From the NCBI RefSeq assembly GCF_009914755.1, contig NC_060932.1: a DNA stretch of 64,000 bases; one strand, 5' to 3'. Position numbers and translations under genes: made by a program. This DNA is from the human T2T-CHM13v2.0 reference genome, Homo sapiens. Positions 12,780 through 26,741 of this stretch are shown here, in pieces; the stretch's first letter is position 1; each line of letters begins with the position of its first letter. The notes beneath the pieces were generated by a model. That model did no database searches, was not told the origin of the DNA, and saw only the letters and a list, made by a program, of their open reading frames with translations.

Positions 12780-13030
12780 GGGAGTGAGAAAGGAGATGAG
12801 GGAGGTTTATAGGAAAGGCTTCCCAGGCAAGATGTCTTCCAAGAGGAGACTTGAATCCTTAGGAGGAATTAGCCAGACATGGAAAAGAAAAAGGCCTTCT
12901 AGGTTGAGCAAGACCCACTTGAGAAGATGTGAAATTGCCACTTATTTTGTGCACTTGGAATCCAGCATCTCAAAAGGAGCAGAGCAACACACCAGGCCAA
13001 GGAGATGTCCAGGACCCTGGTCATTATATA
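12780..13030 (-). mobile_element. L2 fragment
   Basis: AGGAAAGGCTTCCCAGG...GAGACTTGAA...AGGAATTAGCCAGAC, typical of antisense L2 3' region. Confidence 0.55.
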
Positions 13031-14291
13031 CGACAGGACTTGTATGTGGATTACGCACTACAGAAACCAAACTGTAGAAACACTGACATTCAAGGTAACA
13101 TTGCCTTTATGCTATTTTTTTTTTTTTTTTCAGAAAAAAAAATGAGTGGCTTGAAACACGGGTATGGAATTGACTAATGCAATGCTGATCGTTTAAGTTC
13201 ATTGTGTCCCAGTGTGGTCTACAATTATTCAGTGTTAGCCACTCTCCTTCTACTGCTGGAATACTTTGTAAATTAGAGAATGAGGTGGACTGGCCTGTGG
13301 CCCCAACTCAGAATATCATTTTTATATTAAGTCCACTTAGGTTCTCATTGCCTGGGATGAATAAGCAAGCCCCACTTAGAGCTAATGCAATTGTAAGCAC
13401 CAACATAAGGTTCTAAATGGAAATGAACTCACCTGCTCATGAGGGTTCTTCCAGGTGATTTAGAAAATAGAACTATCTATGCCATCATAAAAATTAAAAT
13501 TCAACATTTAGAATGTTCTCAGATAATTCACAAACAGCAATAAATATGTCTGTAGATCCACAGAAAATGAGAACACCAGTATAAATATTTCCTTTTCAAC
13601 TCAAAAAAATCTTTAAAGAATAGAAAGTGGAAATATTCTCCAGAACATATTTTCAGTGAATCAAGTTTGAAGAAACATGAAATTTTCCAGTTGCAAAAGA
13701 ATGCAGACATCATCTATGTCATCCTTTCATTTTCCATGTAACTTCATTTTGCAAGTAGCTAAGTTTGAGAAAAGTCATTTGCCCCGAGTGACACCGAGGA
13801 GCTTAACAGCATACTATTTCCCCTATGAAGGTCATTTATAAAAACGTATGCATTTTAAGTTTTACTTTCAAGAACACAAATAAGAACCCTCTGTTCTGAG
13901 ATTTAAGAGTCATTTGATGGAAACCATGGCAGACAAATCTACTGTTGGAATGTGGACATGGCTGTTGCCGTCCATTTCAAGATGGTTCAAACGAACTCAA
14001 ACAAGATTGGACCTGTTTCTCTTTGTTTTGTATTGATCGTCAGCCATAATTACCTCAGAAAATGACACTAGAAAGATTTAGGCAAAATATTTATAAGTAA
14101 ATACGAGCTTGTAGGGCTAATTATGGTAAATTCTACCAAGCCTTTGAATGCAACATTAAAATGACTAATTATTTCCTCTGGATACTATTTCCTGAGTCTT
14201 AATATATTAGATTGTAGAAAGAGTAAAATCAGATATTGTCAACTTCACTTATTTTTTACCTGAAGTAATATAACATTCGGTTTATGTTCTC

Positions 14292-14642
14292 TGATATGGT
14301 TTGGCTGTGTCCCCACACAACTGTCACCTTGAATTGTAATAATCCCCACGTGTCAAGTGTGGAGCCAGGTGGAGACAAGTGAATCATGACGACGGTTTCC
14401 CCCAGACTGTTCTTCTGGTAGTAAGTCTCAGGAGATCTGATGGTTTTATAAAGGGGAGTTTCCTTCACAAGCTCTCTTCCCTGCCACCATGTAAGATGTG
14501 ACTTTGCTCCTCCTTTGCCTTCCACCATGATTGTGAGGCCTCCCCAGCCGTGTGGAACTGTGAGTCCACTAAACCTCTTTCCTTTATAAATTACCTATTC
14601 TCGAGTATGTCTTTATTAGCAGTGTGAGAAAAGAATAATACA
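14292..14642 (+). mobile_element. THE1 solo LTR (THE1C-like, MaLR)
   Basis: TGATATGGTTTGGCTGTGTCCCCAC start, CCATGATTGTGAGGCCTCCCCAGCC, ...AATACA end; TG..CA termini; 5-bp TSD TTCTC/TTCTT. Confidence 0.93.
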
Positions 14643-15997
14643 TTCTTTAATTAAAATTGGTCAAATGAATCCACTGCATATGATCTCAATATAAAAATCA
14701 GACCTTTCCTAGGAAATGTACTAGATCACGAATAAAGCCCAAAGTAGCATATCCTGAAGCACATGCATAAGGCAACTAAAGAGCAGAGTCACGCCCAACG
14801 GGACAGGCTAAACCTTCTCAATCTGCCTTTACTCATTTCTCTCAGAATTCACAATCAGGCATAAGAAAAATCTTCTTTGTGAACCACAGTTTTTGTTGGG
14901 GTTCATGGAGATTTCTTTTTTTGCCCTTCACACATTTGATTTACTTATTTGCTGGCTTATAAATGGCTCGATCATTAAAACCAGTGTTCTTCTCTCCTCA
15001 GTGACCCGCACTTAATTATGGCTCATCTGGTTTACAGCAATAGTGCCAGGGAAAAGAGCATGTTCAGCAAGCTGTTTTTACACAATGTTCATTTGAGGTA
15101 TATTAGGGAACTTCATCAGCCCTCTATGATGATATATTGTTTCACTTTTTCCTAACACCTGCGTGGTTGTTCAGCACATTCTTCAGGCTTTTTCCTCTCC
15201 ATACCAGTGTCTATGCAGCTATATATCATTTCAGAAATCTGCATGGGAATATTGCTTCCATATTCTCGTTAACTTGCCCAAGAACGCGCCTGAAAGTAAA
15301 TTTTAAAAATTTAAATGTAAAAATTATAGCATATTCCCAAACAACATGTCCACAAGCACATCTTCAGAGATTACCACCCTGAGCCTTCCGATATTTCCAC
15401 CTTACCAACAACATTGTAGATCACGGTGTTATTTTATGACAAAGTAACCAAGTTACTCAGTATTATTAAGGCGATGAAACATTTCAACTGTATAATCTCT
15501 TTTGAGGTTGGGAAACCATTCTAATATTCACAAACCTGGTCATTTCGTAACTATTAAAATACACCGTTCCCCAACAGAACTGAAATAGCATGCTAGGAGA
15601 GAACACCAAACATCTGCGTTAGCTAAAATTATAATACATGGGGTGGAATGTCAGAGAGAAAATCAGAGTCATGAATGTTTAATCACTTGATGTTGTGGAA
15701 AAGCTGGTGGCTGCATTAGCACTAAACATAGATGGCAGACTTCACCGTGACTCAACCTTACCACCTTCTCCTTGAACGTATAAGAACGTGTCTACTCAAA
15801 AAATAAACACATGAACATTTACGCAGAATTTAAAATTTTTGTAACATTTGTATATTGTCACCGTGTATATTTTTGAAACACTTGTATTTATAATGTAAGT
15901 GATGCAGGTGTTTGAATTCCTTTTATAGATTTCCCCCCTCCCAGAAAAATGAAAGCAAAAAGTTTATCAAACTTAGTATTATACCTGGTTTCTGAGC

Positions 15998-16015
15998 TCT
16001 CACTAGAGGGCAGGT
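15998..16015 (+). promoter_or_regulatory. CTCF-like motif (TCACTAGAGGGCAG)
   Basis: One mismatch to the CCACTAGAGGGCAG core; motif only. Confidence 0.25.
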
Positions 16016-16029
16016 AAATGAGGAAAATG

Positions 16030-16031
<2 letters not shown>

Positions 16032-16075
<44 letters not shown>
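16032..16075 (+). repeat. (GT)22 microsatellite
   Basis: Perfect 44-nt GT run. Confidence 0.97.
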
Positions 16076-16077
<2 letters not shown>

Positions 16078-16146
16078 AATATTTGAGTATTTTCAGGTTG
16101 AAAGAAACCACCGAATTCCACCCAAACCCATGTTTAGATCTTTTGT

Positions 16147-16468
<322 letters not shown>

Positions 16469-16472
16469 TCAT

Positions 16473-16531
16473 ACACACACACACACACACGCACACACAC
16501 ACACGTATATATGATATATATACACACACAC
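16473..16531 (+). repeat. (CA)n/(TA)n compound microsatellite
   Basis: Seen directly in the sequence. Confidence 0.9.
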
Positions 16532-16959
16532 AAAACTCTACAAAAATGACGCGTTAAGAGTGTTCTTAACAGAAGTAGCGAATTCAGGTATCTTCTTTAT
16601 GTGTTTGCATGTAGGAAAGCATAAATAGCTCAAACTCATTTTTATTAAAAGTAGAGTGAATGAAAGGGAACATTCAGTAGTTTAGTAAAGGAAGTTCTCC
16701 TTCAGTACATAAGTGAAGAAATAACAACTGCAACAAAACTTGGTGAGGGACCAGAGTGTTCAGACAGAAGAATAACTGAGTTAAATATTGCTTACAGAAA
16801 TCATTCAAGAAAAGCAAGCATGCTATCAAACCTCCAAAGCCTACAGAGTTTCCTACCAATCCCACTCCAAGTTAAGGGTCCAGCAATGCATCTTTATTCA
16901 TTTTCCCCCTGCATGAAGCTCTGTTTCTCCAGTGTCATTCATGGGTAACATGTGCTACT

Positions 16960-17080
16960 AACCTGGCTGCTGTTTGGAAGTGAAGATTTCTAGATTCCAG
17001 GCCGAAAGTAGAGGAGCTTTGGAGGATGGGAACCAGGCCTTGCCATTTAAACAGCGCAGGTGAGTCTCATGATTTGAATC
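16960..17080. mobile_element. MER5-family (hAT-Charlie) relic
   Basis: GGGAACCAGGCCTTGCCATTTAAACAGCGCAGGTGAGTCTCATG resembles the MER5 GGGCCCAGGAATCTGCATTTTAACAAG...CAGGTGATTCTGATG segment. Confidence 0.45.
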
Positions 17081-17134
17081 AGCTGTTTTTTTGTTTTGTT
17101 TTGTTTGTAGAATTGCATTTTTTTATGGATGTTC

Positions 17135-17679
17135 TTTCTTATTTTTTCATGATATTGGGGTACATGTGGCATTTGGTTACTTAAGTTACTGGTGTTTGGG
17201 AGATCCTGGTGCACTCATCACCTGAGCAGTGTACACTGCACCATATATGTTGTCTTTTATCCCTCACACACCTCCTAGTCTTCCCCTCAAGTTCCCAAAG
17301 TCCATTGTATCTTTCTTATGCCTTTGCATCCTTATAGCTTAACTGCCACAAATCAGTGGGAAGATACAATGTTTGGTTTTCCATTCCTGAGTTACTTCAC
17401 TTAGAACAATTGTCTCCAATCTCATCCCGGTCACTGCAAATGCTGTTCATTCATTCATTCCTTATTATGGCTAAGTAGTATTCATCATATGTAATACACA
17501 CACACACACACACACCAGTTTCTTTATCCACTTGTTGATTTATGGACATTTGGGTTGGTTCTACGATTTTGCAATTGTCAATTGTGCTACTATAAACATG
17601 CATGTACAAGTATCCTTTTCGTGTAATGACTTCTTTTCCTCTGAGTAGATACCTGGGAGTGGGATTGCTGGATCAAATG
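17135..17679 (-). mobile_element. L1PB 3' end (L1PB1-like), 5'-truncated
   Basis: TTTTCCATTCCTGAGTTACTTCACTTAG, CCCAAAGTCCATTGTAT, GGGATTGCTGGATCAAATG; internal (CA)n. Confidence 0.88.
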
Positions 17680-19430
17680 TTGTTCTTTTGTTGAAGTCTT
17701 AGAGTATTTTAAATATGTTTCATTTTAAATGTCTGTTTCAGTCCATTTTTACCTCTATCCTGTAAGCATCTTGGCTGTTTTCACTGTGTCTGCTTTATTC
17801 TGGTCCTGCGAAGGTAGTTCACATACACCTGTTAGTGAGGGCTTCTTTCCATGTGTTTTGTCCTTCTCACCGTGCTCTCCAATGGAGAGGTACAGTGAGG
17901 GCACCTTCTCCGGCCGTGAATGACTGGAACCGAGTTCTTCTCTCAAAGCAGTCTTGCAGGCCCAGCCCCTGACCGACTTGACAATGGCGCACATTCCTAG
18001 TTGTTCAGCTATCTCTGCCCTTTCCTCTAAAATCTAGAGGCTGAAACTATAATGAATTTAGCCCTTTAAATCTGAATAAACATATTACTTTTTAAATGTC
18101 AATATGTGAAATATAATAGCAACTGAAAGACTTTGCAGCTATGTGAATATGTGAATATATGAAGATAAACGAATTTCAATTGCTATAAAATTCTTACATT
18201 GTATGCAGTTATTAAAATGTATCTTTACTGAAGGAAGAATAATATGAATAATACTGTGTTATGTATTACAACTCTGAATTGGTCATCAAAACCCCAATTC
18301 ACTTTGGTATATGATCTCAAATAAAATATGGTACGCAAATGCTCACACATGTAGTGTGTTCTTAAGTAGCTAAGGGTTTTCAGTTGAAAGAGCCTCTTAC
18401 GTGCTAGAATTAGAGGTTCAGGGACTAAAAAGTAACCTTATAGATCTCATCTGGCCATTGTGCTTTCTCACATTTCCTCCTGATATCATGCCTGTTGCGT
18501 AAGCTATTCACAACAGGATCGTAGAGCTGAGCCCACTGTATTTCATCAAATAATTTAAATATCAAATATTTACTCCAAGGCCAGAAATATTAAGAGTTTA
18601 TATTTTATCACCTCCAAGATACTTCTCTCCTACCATCGCCCTCACCAACATGGCATTACTTTATCCACAGTTCCTCTGCACTACCATCTCTAAGTAAGTT
18701 GGAAATGCACAGTTGGAAAAAAAAAATCTGTCATTCTCCATGGTCTGCTTAGTATTAGTCCTTTAGGATAAAAATAAATAGCATGCTTAAATAAATACAA
18801 TATCTACAGGTTTCCTATAACTTTAAAGTTTTCTTCATGGTAGGACTTCAAAAACTTAACAAATAATCAGAATTAATTTGAGATCAAGAGATACTCAAGC
18901 CAAAATTTTAAAGGTATATTGTAAAAGAAAAATGAAAAGAATAAGGAGGATGGGGAGACAGAGGAGGAGAAATACCAAAATAGTATTACAAAATTTAAAA
19001 GTGTGAGTAATATCACTTAAAATTTATCATATTTTAATGCTAAAATCATAGACGTATAATTGTAGTATTTATAAAAAATAGAGAATATACTTAATTAAAA
19101 GCCCATTGCTAGTGGTGTAATGCCTGAATGAGACTCAGTTTAAGATGTATAATAAACATCTCCCTCCCCTTCCCATGGAACTTCTGTCCTGAGGAATACA
19201 CAGTAGCTGCTGCTGATTTACATGTATACTTACGTATATATGTATATATGTATACATACATATGCTATGATCAGCCAATTTAATTTATTCTCAAAATTTA
19301 TTCTCAAAATTTCCATGCATGCAAAATTATGATGACGTTCACTTTATTCAGGGATGAATGTCTTCTGGGGTGTTATAATTTTATGTACCAAATGAATGTC
19401 ACTGTGGGGCTTGTTGAACTTTTGCTTTAC

Positions 19431-19763
19431 CAGTGGGTGTGGAGCGCGGCCATGGGCCAGATCCAGCTGGTGCCATCTGACAGCTGCCTAGTTTTGTAAG
19501 GCCCATGAGCTTAGAATGATTTTACACTTTTTAATGGTTGAAAAGAAAAAGAAGGGGACTATTTCGTGACACGTGAAAATATATGAAATTCAAATTTCAG
19601 TGTCCACACAGTCGGCCTGGGGGGAGCTGCCACTGGCTCCTTTCCACAAGGTGTATGTCTCCTTTTGCGATACCAGCAGAGCTCCGCAGATGCAGAGGTG
19701 ACGATATGGCCTACAAAACTTAAAATATTTACTATCTGGCCATTTAAAGAAAAAGTGTGCTGA
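19431..19763 (+). mobile_element. MER58B (hAT-Charlie)
   Basis: TATTTCGTGACACGTGAAAATATATGAAATTCAAATTTCAGTGTCC and AAAATATTTACTATCTGGCC...AAAAAGTGTGCTGA. Confidence 0.87.
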
Positions 19764-21234
19764 AAGTAATAGTCTAACAGGGTATAACTATATCATGCAA
19801 TAATTTATGAATTCCTTTTAGTGCTAACTTGGTATTTTGCATACTTTTTCTAAGAGTAGAAACCAGGTATTTGTAGCTTAATCATTAAAATATCTCTCAA
19901 GATAAGTGTATATGATTTCAAAAAGCAATTAGGTTGCAATAAAGCTTTGTCAGCCAAGGCGAGGGTAAACAAGTTATAAATCACGTAAGAGTGCCTTGGT
20001 TTCAGTGCTCAAATAACTTTTAAACACGGTTTTACCAATAATCACCATAAACCTAAAACTACAGGACAGTGAACCTTTATTAAAAAAACTGAATAATTAG
20101 TACATTCAGTACTACACTTCCAGAGTCTTGTGCACACACACACACACACATTTAAGTTGACATATATAGGCATATAATATATACATATATGCCTATATAT
20201 GTGGCAAAATCAATATACATGTGATACGAATGAAGTATTCCAGTTACACATAGTATATTAATAAATGCAGGAATACTAGGGTAGAAATTTAGAAGGCAGA
20301 GTTGTAGCCCAGTTCGGTCACTAATAAGTTACTTGGTTATCAGCAATTTCACAAAAGTCCCAGAGCATGAGTTGCATTATCTGTAGAGAGGGGTGTCCCT
20401 CCTTCTGAGATTACTTCACTCTTCAAGAATATTTAATTCAATAGATATATTCTGTGTATATATGGCTGCAGTGCATTATTGTGCAGGGGCCAAATAGGTA
20501 CAACATATCTAAACACTATAATTATCTACAGAAATTATCAATAGGGTTTAAACTCACAATAACATATTAACTAGAGAAGCTTTGTTTTTCTTCCTATTTT
20601 CTCGAGCAATTTAAAGCTAAGCCATTCTTTAAAAACAAGATTGAATCCTTCCTCTTTGTCTCTTATAGACTTCCCCAACCTTGCAAATAGAGATGTCTCC
20701 TTCCAATCCTCTTGCGCAGAAGAGCCCTGTGTTCCTTGGAGATTACATGGTGTTCTAAAAGACTGAATTAACTCAAGAGTCAATGAACCTGTGTTTGAGT
20801 CATGCTCCCCTTGCAAATGTGTGTGGTTGATTCTGGGTATGAATCCTCAGCCCTCTGGGTTTTAGTGTGTTTGTCTATAGACAGGAGCACTGTGGCCTGG
20901 CCCACTTCTACATTCATTCCAAGGGTCCACGTCAAGGAGTTGGTAAAAAACGCACAATGAGTACAGGCTAGTTGCAGGAACCCACCATCTCTCCTACTGT
21001 CGGAAGCAAGACTCAGTGCAAGTCCAGAGACAACACTACTAAATTCTAAACAGCCCCTACCTTTTAACCACAGTTTAAAACATCAACGTTCAGTGAAAGA
21101 ATGCTTCCCTACTGGAGATCTTCCACATGGTTAGGATGCTCAATTAGCCAAATGCCACTGCCATCCCAGTTGTGGAGTTCCAGCTCTCTTCCCTGTCCCC
21201 ATCTGTGCATACAGTTCCTCTCGTCTCTGACCGC

Positions 21235-21360
21235 CTGGGATCTCGGACAAGTTACTTAACATATCAGTATGTCTGGTTTCCTCTCTGCAGGTTTGGGTGT
21301 GAGGATGATCTGAGAGGATGAACTACACGTGAGAGTGACTGTCACCGAGTAAACGCGTGG
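21235..21360 (+). mobile_element. MIR fragment
   Basis: GGACAAGTTACTTAAC...GTTTCCTCTCTG core. Confidence 0.55.
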
Positions 21361-21629
21361 CATTTATCACCATTTTAGGGGGTAACCCTTCTCATCTAAT
21401 GTTGATTTCCTGATGAACACACATCTACCTCCCTGAATTTGCTTTTACTTAATAGTGGTCCCCAAATGCATCCAGCTCCATGGGAAGTGCAAATCCTCCT
21501 CTTATCTGTTGCATGATTAACACATGCCTCTTTACCCTAATTGTAAGTTACTGCAAACTCCATCTATAAAACAGTATTTGTGGAATTAATTAACTGTGTT
21601 TTAAGTCATAGAAGAGCCCGTTATCATAA

Positions 21630-21959
<330 letters not shown>

Positions 21960-22554
21960 CCTCGGGGTTCGTAATCTCACAGTTCCTGACACAATTAATC
22001 ACGGAGCTTCTGGTCTCCTTTATCTATCTTTAATATTGGTAAAGCACTGACAGGTCCCCTGAAAGTAGAATTAGGCTTCTGATAGCAGGTGAATTTCTTT
22101 TTAATCATTTCATGGGACTTGAGGAATACTTGACTGACAGTAGATATTTGACTAATATTTGAAGACATTTTAAAATAAAATATTTCTTAAAATTAATGCT
22201 ATATTGAAAAGAAAAACTGGATTTTTCGTGCCCAACAGATGTTTTGTCAGTTCTCATGCTACACACTGTGTGGATGCTGAAATAGTCACTGAATCTCTGA
22301 GCTGAAGCTTTATCATTTGTAGAATGGGCTAAATTAGACTTATTAAGCTGTGAGGCTTAAATTAGACAACTGGTTTTCAGTGGAATACCTAAGTTACTCA
22401 AAAAGCAGGAAGGAAAAGGCGTAAAAGAAAATATTACTACTTACTCATAAATAATACAAGATAAAGAAACTTATTTTTAAAATATTAGATAATGATATAT
22501 CTGATATCTGCAGTCATCTGTGATTTTTAATTGATTTAATGTAGCCTCATGAAG

Positions 22555-22740
22555 GGCTAACTGTGTCTCAGGCACTGCTTCTAAGTAATCTGAAAAACTA
22601 ACTCATTTTATCTTCATTACAGCCTAATAAGGTCGACATTATTGCATTTCCACTTTACAGATTAGAAGACGGAGGCCTGCAAGATCAGGTAACGACCACG
22701 GTCCTACAAAGTTAAAAAGTCGTAGAGTTCAAGTTTGTTC
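22555..22740 (-). mobile_element. MIR
   Basis: CAGGCACTG...AACTCATTTTATCTTCA...CCACTTTACAGAT..GAAGACGGAGGC core. Confidence 0.7.
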
Positions 22741-22834
22741 CTCTGTGAAACGCAGTTGCCCTATTTTATACTCCCAACTCTCTGCTTTGCTGTCCCTTTT
22801 GTTTTGTTTTTCCTTAAAGAAGTTTCCTATCAGC

Positions 22835-23174
<340 letters not shown>

Positions 23175-24395
23175 TTAAGAAAAAGCAAGACAAGGATTAG
23201 AGGTAAGATACATAAGGAACCTGTGAAAATAAAGGCTGAGATAATTTAATTGATATACAAATGAGAACAGAATTACAAATCCAAGTACTTTATAAAAATA
23301 GAATTATGACAGAGGGTAATTCAATTTACATGAGTACAGTGAAGAAAAAGTCCATTACATCTGTATTTTCCAAAGGATCCTGGGAGATTTTAACAAAAGA
23401 CTTGTTTTTTCCATGAGAGGGGATTTCAACCAGAACACAAGCAGTGGACTCCTCCTCCTTCAGGTGGACTCCTTGGCCCTGGGGTTGTAACTGAACCTTG
23501 AGACCCCAAGCTCATCTGTCTGCCCCCTGCACTCATAGTGGTCCAGCAGAGCCTGGGGACAGAGTCTCAGGTCCGAGGGATTAGATGTAACTTTGGACAA
23601 GAAGAGTTTTGTTAAAGGTCCCTTGCTGATAAGATTACGGCTTTCTTCAGAGAACTCTTCCTCATTTGTCTGCTTAATTTGTGCAATAGATAGAACAGGA
23701 TCTTTAATTTATTGTGGGAAGTGGATAATATAGCCCCGTGAAGTGTAGCACAAAATAGCTGCTCAATAAACATTCTTTTCTCTTTTCACCAGTTTGCTAC
23801 CCCCTCTACTGGCCTCAAGAAGGAAAGGACAGTGAAATAAAAGAAATTATGGGATGACTGATAAGATTTGTAAGAGAAAAGGACTTTCTTTACATTGTTG
23901 TGTAATCAGTTTTTACTTACTGAGCAATTTAGTTTTTAAGTTAAATTTAAAAATGAAAGGGAATTATTATTGTAGTTTGATTTTATAATATGGGATAGTT
24001 GTTCCCCATTGGTTATCAGGGTCTCTATAAATTCATGGCTCATCTGAGTTATAAAAGTAATTTAATTAAATGTAAAAGATTATTTCTTAAACTGTTAGGA
24101 CAAGTCTATGTAATTTAAGCCAAATATCTAAAAACTGCTATCAACAAACATCTCAGTAGCAGTCTTTGAATAGATTTTGAATTTTCAGTATTTACTTCTG
24201 CTACTACGGAAGGGAGAAAATTGAATTTTCTCTTCAGAGCAGCCAGGTCACAGTGGATCATAATATCAGAGACTTCATCAGACACTTTCAACAGAGTAAA
24301 TAATAGGTGAGAGACAGTTTCAAACATACCTAAACAGGCTTAAACAGGAAGTGCCACCATTTTGTATTTGGTGGATCTTCCATGATGACCAAGGT

Positions 24396-24640
24396 CAGTG
24401 TTTCTCAATTTTCTTTTTCCATTATCACCCCTTAAAGGAGCCTTTTCAAAGTTTTTCCCTCCTGCCCGTCATGAAATTCTATACTACAGGTACCCTGCAT
24501 AACTGTTTTAGGTACTCGTATGTGTATGCATGTGCGTGCATGCTTTATACGTAAGAGGGATAAAAAAATGTTCTGGCCTCCAGGATTTTATTCCTGCTCC
24601 CCTCATTTAGGGTCTTTCCAGCTCTATCTTCCCCACCACC
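24396..24640 (+). mobile_element. MER112 (hAT-Charlie)
   Basis: CAGTGTTTCTCAA...CATTATCACCCCTTAAAGGAGCCTTTT...CATGAAATTCTATACTACAG matches the remembered MER112 consensus; 3' boundary approximate. Confidence 0.6.
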
Positions 24641-24844
24641 CCCCCTCTGGAGGAGGAAAAGCATACTTTTATTGTTTGCAAAGCTAAGAAAGAAGAGCAA
24701 TAACTCCCTCCCTACTACAGATTGTAGGAAACAGGAGCACCGTCTGCCTGGAGGACCCATTTCAAAGAGACAACATCAACGTCCCTGGGAAGGACGGTGC
24801 CAGGACATACAACTGGCAGGCAGCCTTTAAAAAGCATTACATCG

Positions 24845-25400
24845 CTCTGTGCCTGGTTATTTCACTTAACAAAGTGACTTCTAGTTCCACCCATGTTGTT
24901 GCAAAAGACAGGATCTCATTTTTCATGGCTGAATAGTACTCCACTATGTATATGTATCTCATTTTCTTTATAAATTCATCACATGTTCTCACTTATTTGT
25001 GGGATCTGAAAATCAAAACAATAGAACTCATGGACATAGAGAGTAAAGGACGGTTACCAGAGTCTAGAAAGGGTGTAGGGCAGGGGGGAGATGAAAATGG
25101 TTAACAAGTACAAAAAAGAAAGAATGAGTAAGACCTACTTTTTGCTAGCATAACAGGTTGACTGACTGTAGTCAATAATTTAATTGTACTTATTTCAATA
25201 ACTAAGACTATAATTGAATTGTCTGTAACAGAAAAGTTAAGTGCTTGAGGGAATAGCTACCCCATTCCCCATCATGTCTTTATTATGCATTGCATGCCTG
25301 TATCAAAATCTCTCTTGTACTTCATAAATATATATACCTACTAAATGCCCACAAAAATTTAAAAAATAAGTTATTGTAAAAATAAGTAGTTAATTAACAT
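24845..25400 (+). mobile_element. L1MA (L1MA2-like) 3' end with 5' inversion
   Basis: 24845-24979 is antisense L1 and 24980-25370 is the sense 3' end (CATGTTCTCACTTATTTGTGGGATCT...); TSD TAAAAAGCATTACATC / TAAAAATGCTTTACATC. Confidence 0.88.
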
Positions 25401-26741
25401 TAAAAATGCTTTACATCTCAAAGGGGCAGAAAGGATTACAACTTTCTTTAAGCCAAGGGGAACATTAAGGTCCTCTTGATAAGACTAGGGCCCTTAAAAT
25501 AAAGAGAAATCTTACCTAAGAAAACAGCTTTCCCCTCTTCAGTTCCTGTTTACTGTTATAGCTTCCATTATTGCCCTAGTCCATACAAGATTCATTTGTT
25601 TTTCATGTTTTTTCCAAAGTAATCTATTTTTAGTAATACAATTTCCTCTCTTGCTTTCTAGAAGACTCTACATTGTCAGTTAAAACATTTTTTAAAAAGA
25701 TAATCAATATAATACACTGCCTGTTACTAAAATAATAACCAAATATTGAACCTAAATCAAAGCACCCGACAAAAACGTGCAAGGGATTTAATATGTTTAA
25801 ATTTTACTCGAAAACATTTATATTCTAATGGAACTCAGATGATATTTTATGAAATATGTTCTCTTTCAATTGTGAGGACATTTTCCATATTCATCAGTTG
25901 TAATGGCAAGTTTACAAGAAAAAGTTTAAATACTTTAAGTGTGTAGACATATAGTGAACTAATATACAGCATATCATATTTTTATTTTGAATTTGGTAGT
26001 TTTGCTCACAATAAATATTTGCACCTTGTCTGTATATAAAAAAAGAGTTTTGTTAATGCTTAAGTAGTTTGGAATGTAATTTTACTTTCTTAAAGAAAAA
26101 CTGTAAGTGTAAATAAATTTAGGATTACACCTGATTCTGAAAACTGTACAACTAATTGAAATGCTAAGATTATCAAAATCATGCATCATTTTTTCACATT
26201 TCTGTATTTTAGGTGTTCTTTTTAAATGTTAATTTTGCCTAACCTCTGGGGAAAAATAAAAGACAACATTTCTTTTTAGATTGTCTGTTCTTTTTCTCCA
26301 AGTCTACTGGCCTTAGGGCAGTGCTACGAATCCAGGCGTTGTGATTAAATTCCCTGTGATATCAGAGACAGTTACTTATGATTGTGCCTCTTATTGATGA
26401 TATCAAGCAGATACTCTGGTTTCTGTCTTTGTACTTGATTTGTTTACTCTGAACACTAACGGTGAATTTTAACAGTTGCTTCCTGTGGTTAAAACCTAAG
26501 GCAAACTCCAGCCTCTGATCCAGCCTGAGACTTTCTGCCACGTGCTTTAGGCTGAGCTTCCAGATTTGAATAGCTGACTCCGGTGACCGAATTTATAGTC
26601 AAGTCCTGATTACTCTTGGCATTACCCTCCAGAGGTTTTGATCTTTTGACTTTTCTAGATTCCACCAAGGAAACATCACTAAAAATCTACTTAAAGAGTA
26701 ATTTTCTTTTGAAATCAAAATATTTCATCTTTAAAGTTTTA

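Noticed and set aside
17055-17066. Strong donor CAG|GTGAGT
   Set aside because: It lies in a MER5 relic (consensus CAGGTGATT) and I found no convincing partner acceptor
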